This document shows, piece after piece, positions 18,456 to 26,900 of a stretch of DNA of 45,102 nucleotides. This DNA comes from Deltaproteobacteria bacterium (lineage in GTDB: Bacteria; Desulfobacterota; Binatia; Binatales; Binataceae). Positions within the stretch are counted from its first letter, which is position 1; the number at the start of each line of letters is the position of its first letter. The position numbers and the translations under genes are program-made. The stretch covers positions 1-45,102 of the forward strand of contig JAJZAG010000002.1 in NCBI GenBank assembly GCA_021799555.1, written 5' to 3'. The notes beneath the pieces were generated by a model that was given only the letters and a program-made list of their open reading frames with translations, made no database searches and was not told where the DNA came from.

Positions 18456-18480
18456 AGACGCGATCTCGTGGCATCGCGGG

Positions 18481-19224
18481 TCACAGATAGAGGCGGCCGG
18501 CGGTTGGGTCCGGAATGGGAATTTCGAGCTTGGTCAGCAGGTTGTTGACCTCGGCTTCGAACTCCGCGCGCATCTGTTCGTTGCTGCGGCGCCTGAGTCC
18601 CATCCTGACGTAATCGAATTGCCGCTTCGAGCCCGACTTGCCGAACATATCGAGCCCGGCCGGATACCACTTGGCGAGATGCTTGATCAGCAACGCGCGC
18701 CCGCGCTCGCCTTCGCGCTCCAAATGGCGGCGCATCAGCCGATAGCCGAACGCTGCGTGACCGAGTTCTTCGCGATAAACCCGTTCCGCGATTTTGGCGA
18801 GAGGTTGATAAGAGCATCCCACCCACTCGTAGCCCATGTACGCGCCCTGCCGGTCGGCGAAAAAACTGAACAGTCCGTATTCGATCCAATCCTGCGCCTG
18901 GTCGCGCATTTCGAAAATATAGATCGGCATTGGCGTTGCCATGAAGGCATCATCGACGCTTACGCCGAGGTCGCCGAGCAGATGCATCCAATAGCTCGCG
19001 TGGCGGACCTCGTCGGACCAAAACGCGGCGTACTCGGCCTTGTCTTCGGGGGTGGGCGCGAGCGCGAGCGGCTTAAGGAGCGTGCGCTCAGGCATCAGCA
19101 TGTATTCCGACTCGATTCGCGACTGAATCGAGAGCATCCGGATGAGCAGATACTTGTACGCGGCTGGCAAGTTGCCGGGGCCGGTGAATTTTACCGCTTC
19201 GGCTTGTTCGGTCGGATTTTGCAA
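18481..19224 (-). CDS. PaaA/PaaC-family ferritin-like di-iron protein
   Basis: 247-aa product with two E-x-x-H motifs (SDEVRHASYW and YREELGHAAFG) plus the acidic partners (SRIESEYM, WIEYGLF). This is the pattern of the phenylacetyl-CoA epoxidase subunit family. Confidence 0.75.
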   Translation of the reverse strand: MQNPTEQAEAVKFTGPGNLPAAYKYLLIRMLSIQSRIESEYMLMPERTLLKPLALAPTPEDKAEYAAFWSDEVRHASYWMHLLGDLGVSVDDAFMATPMPIYIFEMRDQAQDWIEYGLFSFFADRQGAYMGYEWVGCSYQPLAKIAERVYREELGHAAFGYRLMRRHLEREGERGRALLIKHLAKWYPAGLDMFGKSGSKRQFDYVRMGLRRRSNEQMRAEFEAEVNNLLTKLEIPIPDPTAGRLYL

Positions 19225-19315
19225 TCCCGTGTTCCTCGCGAGCAGCGCTGTGTCATGTTCTGAACGTTGGTTCAGTTAACCATCTCGGGACTGAAACGGC
19301 AAGCGATTCTGAAGG

Positions 19316-20089
19316 CTATCCCGCCATCGTAAGTCCGCCGCTGATGCTGATGACCTGTCCGGTCGCGTAATCGGAGTCGGACGAGGCGAAAAACGCGACT
19401 GCGCCGGCAAGATCCTCGGGCTTACCCAGCCGGCGAAACGGAATTCCCCGCGCCATCGATTCGAGCACGCCCTCGCGTCCCGCCATCGCGTCGCGCAGCA
19501 GCGCGGTTTCCGTTGGTCCCGGACACACGACGTTGACGTTAACGTTGTACCGGGCCAGTTCGCGCGCCAGCGTTTTCGAAAAGCCGATGATCGCCGCCTT
19601 GCAGCCGGCATAGACGGCCTCGCCGGTCGAGCCGACGCGTCCCGCATCCGAGGCGATCGAGACGATCTTTCCGGCGCCGCGTGCTTTCATTCGCGGCGCG
19701 ATCGCGCGGCAGCAATTAAGCACGCCGCGATAGTTAATCGCGATAATTTTATCCCAGGTCTCCGGCGCACTTTCGATAAATGGCTCGAGCTTGTCCCATC
19801 CTGCGTTGTTCACCAGGATGTCGATCGCGCCGAGCTCACGCTCTGTCACAGCCGCGGCGGCCTCTGCGTCGCCCAGGTTGGTAACGTCGAGCTTGACGGC
19901 GAGCGCCTTTGCGCCGGCGGAGCGCAACTCGGCGGCGGTGCTTTCCGCCGCGGCGGCGTTGATATCAGCGATCGCAACGGCGGCGCCTTCGGCGGCAAGG
20001 CGGGACGCGATCGCGCGGCCGATACCCTGCGCGGCGCCAGTTACGATCGCGACTTTTCCGGCAAGCCGGGTTATCTGCGATGCGGGCAT
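19316..20089 (-). CDS. SDR family oxidoreductase (FabG-like)
   Basis: ATG at 20089. TGAAQGIGRA glycine motif, NNAG, and the catalytic YAGCKAA (YxxxK). Confidence 0.9.
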   Translation of the reverse strand: MPASQITRLAGKVAIVTGAAQGIGRAIASRLAAEGAAVAIADINAAAAESTAAELRSAGAKALAVKLDVTNLGDAEAAAAVTERELGAIDILVNNAGWDKLEPFIESAPETWDKIIAINYRGVLNCCRAIAPRMKARGAGKIVSIASDAGRVGSTGEAVYAGCKAAIIGFSKTLARELARYNVNVNVVCPGPTETALLRDAMAGREGVLESMARGIPFRRLGKPEDLAGAVAFFASSDSDYATGQVISISGGLTMAG

Positions 20090-20111
20090 TGTCAGCCTCC
20101 GTTTCGCGCGG

Positions 20112-20867
20112 TCAGCGCGCCACCCATCCGCCATCGATTATGAACGGAGCGCCGGTTGCAAAGGTCGCATCGTCGCTGGCAAGGAACAGCGCAGTGCGCG
20201 CGATTTCGTCCGGCGTTCCGATTCTGCCAAACAGCGACAGGCGGTTATTGTCCTGCGCGGTCACTCCGCCTTCTTCAGAGACCCGCTTTACCATCGGCGT
20301 GTCGATCACTCCGGGGCAGATGCAGTTGGCGCGGATGTTATACCGTGCGTATTCGAGCGCGGCGACCCGGGTCAGCGAAATGACGCCGGCCTTGGCCGCG
20401 CAGTATGCGGCCGCGCCTTTAATTGCGACGATTCCCGCGACCGACGCGGTGTTGATAATCGAGCCGCCGCCGCGCTTTATCAGGTGCGGGATGGCGTACT
20501 TCATTCCGAGCCACACGCCGCGAAGATTGATCGCGATCACACGGTCGAATGCGTCTTCACTGAGCTGCGCCATGAAGCCGCCTTCACCCTCGATACCGGC
20601 GTTGTTGTAGTTGATATCGAGTCCGCCGAAGCGGCGCACGGTTTCGTCGGACATCGCGCGCGCATCCTCAGAGTTCGATACGTCGGCGCGCATCGCGAAT
20701 GCGTCGCCGCCGGCGCCGGCGATCGCGGCGGCGGTTTCTTTGGCCGCGCCTTCGTTGACGTCGATCACCGCAACTTTTGCACCCTCGCGCGCGAACAGTG
20801 CCGCGGCCGCGCGGCCCATTCCTGATCCAGCGCCGGTTATCAGCGCAACTTTGCCTGCAAGTCTCAT
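20112..20867 (-). CDS. SDR family oxidoreductase
   Basis: The real gene is the 251-aa C-terminal part of the 514-aa ORF and starts at ATG 20867 (MRLAGKVALITGAGSGMGRA). NNAG and YCAAKAG are present. The upstream part of the ORF is antisense to the plus-strand SDR. Confidence 0.9.
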   Translation of the reverse strand: MRLAGKVALITGAGSGMGRAAAALFAREGAKVAVIDVNEGAAKETAAAIAGAGGDAFAMRADVSNSEDARAMSDETVRRFGGLDINYNNAGIEGEGGFMAQLSEDAFDRVIAINLRGVWLGMKYAIPHLIKRGGGSIINTASVAGIVAIKGAAAYCAAKAGVISLTRVAALEYARYNIRANCICPGVIDTPMVKRVSEEGGVTAQDNNRLSLFGRIGTPDEIARTALFLASDDATFATGAPFIIDGGWVAR

Positions 20868-20882
20868 CGTCGTTCTCCCGCG

Positions 20883-20918
20883 TGGTTCGGCGAATCGATC
20901 CACCGTCACGGCGAACCA
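20883..20918. promoter_or_regulatory. candidate operator (inverted repeat) in divergent promoter region
   Basis: TGGTTCG (20883-20889) and CGAACCA (20912-20918) form an inverted repeat with a 22-nt spacer that contains GAATCGATC. It lies in the 144-bp gap between the divergent SDR genes. Confidence 0.2.
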
Positions 20919-21011
20919 TACCGCATTCGCCGCCGCGCGCGTTAGCGCGATTTGTAAAGCGGCGCCGCGGATGCTACCCGACGATCGAGCACTGTGAAGG
21001 AGCATGAGCAG

Positions 21012-21815
21012 ATGAAATTTGACGGCAAGATCGGAATCGTAACCGGAGCGGGTTCGGGCATCGGCCGCGCAACCGCGCTCGGATTTGCGGCGCGCGGCGG
21101 AACGGTTGTGGCCGCCGACATCAACGCGGAAAACGCGGCCCGCGTTGCCGAAACGATCGCTGCGCATGGCGGGAAGGCGCTTGCGATGACAGTTGATGTG
21201 ACCCACGCCGCGGATATCGATCGCATGATCGCGGAAACCAAGTCGCAGTTCGGGCGAATCGACTTTCTGCACAACAACGCATTCGGGATGCCCGCCTCCG
21301 CGAGCACCAGCAACGAGGCCGCGGGGCGGCTGGCCGACCTCGAAGACGGCGTATGGAGCTACATGATCGAAGTCGGGCTGACGGCGGTATGGCGCGCGAT
21401 GAAACGGGCACTCCCGATCATGCGCGCGCAAGGCTCTGGCGCGATCGTCAACACGGCGTCGATCTCCGGGATGCGCGCCGACTATGGAATCGCGGCGTAC
21501 AACGCCGCCAAAGCCGGCGTAATCAATTTGACCCGCGTCGGCGCGATTGAATACGCGCGCGACGGGGTGCGCGTCAATTGTGTATGCCCAGGCGCGATTC
21601 ACACGCCGCTGCTCCAACCCGCGCTCGAGATGCCGGGTTTCGCCGAGCGGTTCCACGAGGCAATTCCGATGGGCAGATTGGGCAAACCTGAGGAGATTGC
21701 AAACGTGGTGCTGTTCCTCGCCTCGGATCTCGCGTCGTTCGTTACCGGTGCGGCAATAGTCGCCGACGGCGGTCAGACCGCAAAGACCGGCAGCCCATCG
21801 TTTATGCCGGAGTAG
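21012..21815 (+). CDS. SDR family oxidoreductase
   Basis: ATG at 21012 lies 9 nt after GAAGGAG. TGAGSGIGRA, NNAF and YNAAKAG are present. Confidence 0.9.
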   Translation: MKFDGKIGIVTGAGSGIGRATALGFAARGGTVVAADINAENAARVAETIAAHGGKALAMTVDVTHAADIDRMIAETKSQFGRIDFLHNNAFGMPASASTSNEAAGRLADLEDGVWSYMIEVGLTAVWRAMKRALPIMRAQGSGAIVNTASISGMRADYGIAAYNAAKAGVINLTRVGAIEYARDGVRVNCVCPGAIHTPLLQPALEMPGFAERFHEAIPMGRLGKPEEIANVVLFLASDLASFVTGAAIVADGGQTAKTGSPSFMPE

Positions 21816-21908
21816 TATTGATTGCGTCGGTCATACCGCGTCCGGCTGACTCTCAAGTCTTGACTTTCGCTGCGACGCGACGAATCTGAAGCAAGTGTTG
21901 GAGAAACG

Positions 21909-22778
21909 ATGAGCAATATTGACACGCGATCGCGGGAAACCGCGCATACCGAATTCGAATCATGGCTTGGAGTGCGGATGCTTGAGGCGGGCGCCGAAAG
22001 CGCGCGTATCGAACTGCCCTACAAAGAAGAGAACAGCAATCCGGGCCGCCAGGTTCATGGCGGCGTTGTGGCCTCGGCGATGATCGTTGCGGCCGAACGG
22101 GCCGCCAACGCCGATGCGCCCGAGTCGGCGAATCGAGCGCGCGGGATCGTGACCGCAAACGTCGCCTACCTCGCCTCGGCTGTCGGCGAGGCTATTATTG
22201 CCGAAGCTCGTACCCTGCGGCGCGGCAAAGAACTCCGCTACTTGCGCTCCGACGCTGTCAATGCGGAAGGCAAGCCGCTTGGCACCGCGACAATCATCTA
22301 TCGAACCGCGCCGCAGGACGATCCGCCGCCATATCCGTTCTCGGTCGACCGATCGCGCGACGCCGACGGTGAAGTTCTGCCGCTTGGCAAAATGCTGACT
22401 GGGGCGCCGTTCATATCGAAAGTCGGAATTTCGGCCGTACAGATGAAAGACGGCGTCGCACGACTTAACCTCGCCCCGCGCGAGGAAAATCTCGACCGCG
22501 ACGGACGCGTGCACGACGGTGTCGTCGCAGCGCTGCTCGACACCTGCGGATCGATTGCGGCGTGGTCGCTAGTCACGCCGAAGCGGGGACTGCGCGCTTC
22601 GACGGTTGCGATTGACGTCAACTATATCAACCGCGCGCCGAGCGTCGAGCTTATCGCGCGCGCCGTAACGACCGGCGCTAGGCGGGAGATCTTTTTCAAT
22701 CGCGTGGAAATCGAAACCGCCGATGGGTTGCGAATCGCCGATGGGACGGTGATCTACCGGATTGTAATTCCCGACTAG
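21909..22778 (+). CDS. tandem hotdog-fold (PaaI/4HBT-type) thioesterase
   Basis: Two PaaI-like halves are present, each with the characteristic V-H-G/D-G-V motif (GRQVHGGVVASAMIVAAE and GRVHDGVVAALLDTCGS). Confidence 0.8.
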   Translation: MSNIDTRSRETAHTEFESWLGVRMLEAGAESARIELPYKEENSNPGRQVHGGVVASAMIVAAERAANADAPESANRARGIVTANVAYLASAVGEAIIAEARTLRRGKELRYLRSDAVNAEGKPLGTATIIYRTAPQDDPPPYPFSVDRSRDADGEVLPLGKMLTGAPFISKVGISAVQMKDGVARLNLAPREENLDRDGRVHDGVVAALLDTCGSIAAWSLVTPKRGLRASTVAIDVNYINRAPSVELIARAVTTGARREIFFNRVEIETADGLRIADGTVIYRIVIPD

Positions 22779-22784
22779 AGGTGC

Positions 22785-23888
22785 GTGATGGCGAAAGCGA
22801 CAAGCGCTGCGATCATTCAGACGGGGCCGCGCAAGCTTGAGATGCGCGAGTTTCCGATTCCCGAAACTCACGAGGACGATGCGCTGTTGCGCGTCGAGGC
22901 CTGCGGTATTTGCGGCAGCGATTACGAGCAATATGCGGGAGCGTTTGTCGGGATGCGGATGCCGGTGATCCCAGGACACGAACCGCTGGGGTTTATCGAA
23001 AAGATCGGACCGGTCGCGGCGCGCCGCTGGGGTGTGAAGGAGGGCGACCGCGTTGCGGTCGAAGTACTATTGCCGTGCGGGTTCTGCGAGAACTGCCGCG
23101 CCGGAGCTTACCGGCTGTGCAACGGCAAGGGAAGGATGTCGGCATACGGTTATACGCCGATCGAAATTCCACCCGCGCTGTGGGGTGGTTACGCGCAGCA
23201 TATGTATCTTGACCCGCACACTATCGTGCACAAGGTTGCCGCCGACATACCTGCGGAACTCGCGGTGATGTTCAATCCGCTCGGCGCGGGGATTCGATGG
23301 GCGGTGCAGCTTCCGGGCACCACGATCGGCGACACGATCGCGATTCTCGGTCCGGGACAGCGCGGGCTTTCGAGCGTGATCGCTGCGCGCGAGGCGGGCG
23401 CCGCGATGATCATAGTTACCGGTCTCAAACGCGATGCGAAGAAACTTGCGCTGGCGCGAGAGTTCGGCGCGACCCATACGATCGTGGCCGACGAGCAGGA
23501 TCCCGTTGCGGTCGTCCGTGATCTGACTGGCGGGCGCGGAGTCGATGTGGTCGTGGACGTCACTGCGTATGCGACCGTTGCGGTGACGCAGGCAATCGAC
23601 ATGGTACGCCGCTCGGGGACGATTGTGCTGGCGGGAACCAAGGGTCCCAAGCCCGTGGACAATCTGTTCTCGGACAAGATTGTGACCCGGGAGATCCGAG
23701 TGCAGGGCGCGATGGGCGTGGATTTTCGCGCCTATAGGCCCGCGGTCCGGTTGATCGAGTCGCGGCGGTATCCGCTCGAGAAGATGCACACGCATACGGT
23801 GGCGCTCGCCGATGCCGAGCGCGCAATCAAGCTGCTCGCGGGCGAAGTGCCGGGCGAGGACGCAATCCATATAGTGCTCAAGCCTTGA
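22785..23888 (+). CDS. zinc-binding medium-chain alcohol dehydrogenase
   Basis: EACGICGSDYEQ, GHEPLG, the structural-zinc cysteines CGFCENCRAGAYRLC, and the Rossmann motif ILGPGQRGL. Confidence 0.9.
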   Translation: MMAKATSAAIIQTGPRKLEMREFPIPETHEDDALLRVEACGICGSDYEQYAGAFVGMRMPVIPGHEPLGFIEKIGPVAARRWGVKEGDRVAVEVLLPCGFCENCRAGAYRLCNGKGRMSAYGYTPIEIPPALWGGYAQHMYLDPHTIVHKVAADIPAELAVMFNPLGAGIRWAVQLPGTTIGDTIAILGPGQRGLSSVIAAREAGAAMIIVTGLKRDAKKLALAREFGATHTIVADEQDPVAVVRDLTGGRGVDVVVDVTAYATVAVTQAIDMVRRSGTIVLAGTKGPKPVDNLFSDKIVTREIRVQGAMGVDFRAYRPAVRLIESRRYPLEKMHTHTVALADAERAIKLLAGEVPGEDAIHIVLKP

Positions 23889-23978
23889 ACCGCGTGTCAG
23901 ATCTGTAACGGTGCATATCATCCGAGCCTTGCGGAGAGCGGGAGAGCGTCCGGCGGCGAGAGATTGCCACGGCGTAGC

Positions 23979-26900
23979 TCAGTGAAAATCGTGCGAGGGC
24001 GGTATCGCACCGGGAAGCTTTATCTCAGCGAATTTGCGCGCACGGATCGCGGTGACGCCATCGACCTGCTGGAGCCATCCTTCGGCGTAGAGGATTCCCG
24101 CGCTGCGCAGCAGTGCGCGATGCTTCTGAAAAAGATCGGGCACGACGATCAAGTTCGCGATTCCGGTTTCGTCTTCGAGCGTGACGAACAGAAAGCCCTT
24201 GGCGGTGCCGGGGCGCTGGCGCACGATCACGACACCCGCGGTCTTGACCCACGAATCGTGCGGTGCGCGCAAAAGATCGGCGGCGCTGAGGATGCCGCGG
24301 GCCTTAAGCCGCGTGCGCAGATGGGTCATCAGATGCGGTCCGGTGGTGATGCCGGTCGCGGCGTAATCGGCCGTGGTCTCCTCGAGCGGCGACATCTTTG
24401 GCAGTGGCGCGGGCGGCGGTCCGGGCGCGCGGCGCGGACTTGCGCCGGCGAGTAAGCTTTTCGGGTCGCGCTCGACGGCGGCTGCGTTCCACATCGCGTC
24501 GCGCCGGGTCATTCCGAAGGCGGCAAACGCGCCTGCGTAGGCGAGTGCGTCGAGTTCGCGGCGATTCGGTCCGACGCGCGCAGTGAAGTCGGCGATCGAA
24601 TCGAACGGTCGCCGCGCGCGTTCGCGCTCCGCGCGCCGCCCGGTTTCCTCGCGCAGTCCGGCAACATAGCGCAGCCCCATCCGGATGCCGAGCGCGGCAC
24701 GCCTCCCCTCTGATCCTTCGCCCTGAAAGGGAGGTGCCACTGGCACGCGGCCAGGTGAGGGTCCTTCCATCGCGCGCCACGCTGCCGTGCCCGATCCCTC
24801 GCCCTGTAAGGGAGAGGTTTGGTGAGGGTCATTATTCAGCGCGGAGCGCAGCGGAGCGCGATTTGAAATCTGATGTATTAGTTTAGATTCTGGATTTTCC
24901 GAATCCGGAGCATCAGCCGCATCGTTCCGACCTAACCCCTGACCCCTTCCCGCACGGGAAGGGGAACTATGCGCGGCGGTGACAGGAGGTTCGTTAGCAT
25001 CCTCACCCGCGCGGCGCAGCGCCGCGTTTCCCTTTCCCGGGGGGGGAGGGTTAATCGGTACGCGATTTGCGCGATATTGGAGGGTACAGTTCCAATCCGA
25101 GCTGGTTACGTCGATCGGCAGCATCGTTACGCCGTGGCGTTCCGCGTCTTTGATCAGTGTCGCTGGAGAATAGAATCCGAGCGGATAGCAATTCAGCATC
25201 GCGGCGAAGAACGCCGCCGGATGATGATATTTCAGATAGGCCGAGGCATACGCGATTAGCGCGAAGCTCGCGGCGTGCGACTCGGGAAATCCATAGAGCG
25301 CGAACGAAGTGATCGAGCGCACGATATCGTCGGCTGATGCGCCGATAATCCCGTTGCGCGCCATCCCGCCGCGCAGCCGCGCCTCGATCTTTTCCATCCG
25401 CTCGGCCGAGCGCTTGAAGCCCATCGCACGGCGCAACTCCTCGGCCTCGCCGCCGGTAAAGCCGCCCACCGTCATCGCGATGCGCAGCAGTTGCTCCTGG
25501 AACAGCGGCACGCCGAGCGTGCGGCGCAGAATAGGTTCGAGCGCCGGATGCGGATACGTTACCGGCGCGCGTCCGTTTCTGCGGTCGAGGTAGGGATGCA
25601 CCAGCTTGCCGACGATCGGGCCCGGCCGGATGATCGCGACCTCAACCACCAGGTCGTAAAACCGCTCGGGCTTCATCCGCGGCAGCGTCGCCATCTGCGC
25701 ACGGCTCTCGACCTGAAAAACTCCGACCGTGTCAGCCCGTCTGAGCATTGCGTACACGCCAGGATCGTCGGGCGGCAGATGGGCGAGATCAATCTCGAGA
25801 TTTTCATGCGCGCGGATCATAGGGATCGCCTCCTCAAGCGCGGCGAGCATCCCGAGCCCGAGCAGATCGATCTTGATAATTCCCAGATCGGCGCAATCGT
25901 CTTTGTCCCACTGGATCACGACCCGGCCCGGCATCGAGGCCGGCTCGAGCGGAACGATCTCGTCGAGCGGCTGCGCGGCGATCACCATGCCGCCGCTATG
26001 CTGCCCGAGATGGCGCGGGATGCTCTGGATGCGCCGCACGAGATCGATAAGCATCCGGATACGCGGCGCTTCGGCATCGATACCGCCGCGGCGTAATAAC
26101 TCGACCAGGTCGTCGTGATGGTCGCGGAACTCATAGACCTGGTTGAGTTTTGCCAGCCGATCGACCTGCTCGGGAGAAAATCCCAACGCTTTGCCGACCT
26201 CGCGCACCGCGCTTTTGGTGCGGTAGGTAATCACGTTGGCGGTCATCGCGGCGCCGCGCTCGCCATAGCGGCGATAGACGTACTGGATCACGCGCTCGCG
26301 ATCGTCTCCGCTTGGAAGATCGATATCGATATCGGGCCATTCACCGCGCTCTTCGGACAAAAAACGCTCGAATAGCAGCTCCATCTTGACTGCATCGACC
26401 GCCGTGATTCCGAGCGCGTAGCAAACCGCGCTATTGGCGGCCGAGCCGCGGCCCTGCGCGATGATCCGGTTCTCGCGGCAGAACTGCACGATATCCCACA
26501 CGATCAGGAAATAGCCCGCGAGCTTCAGCCGCGCGATCACGTCAAGCTCGTGCTCGAGTTGACGGCGCGTGCGCACGTCGATTCCGCCGCGGCCCCATCG
26601 CTCGCGCGCACCCGCATAGGTCAGCGCGCGCAGGTAGCTGTCGGCGCTCTCGCCCGGCGGCAGAGGATAGTCGGGAAAGCGGTAGCCCATGTCCGACATG
26701 GTGAATTCGCATCGCTCGGCGATCGCGCGCGTGGCGGCGACGGCGTCGGGCAGGTCGCGGAATAACGCGGCCATCTCAGCCGGCGATTTCAGATGGCGAT
26801 TGCTGTTGACCCACAGTGCGCGTCCGGCTTCCTCGAGCGTGGTGCCGAGCCGGATGCAGGTGAGCACGTCGAGCAGGCGGCGATCCTCGAGGGCGGCGCA

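Noticed and set aside
20868-21656. N-terminal 263 residues of the 514-aa minus-strand ORF 20112-21656
   Set aside because: This part is antisense to the plus-strand SDR (21012-21815) and has no motifs. The SDR Rossmann motif TGAGSGMGRA directly follows the internal ATG at 20867, so the gene was trimmed to 20112-20867.
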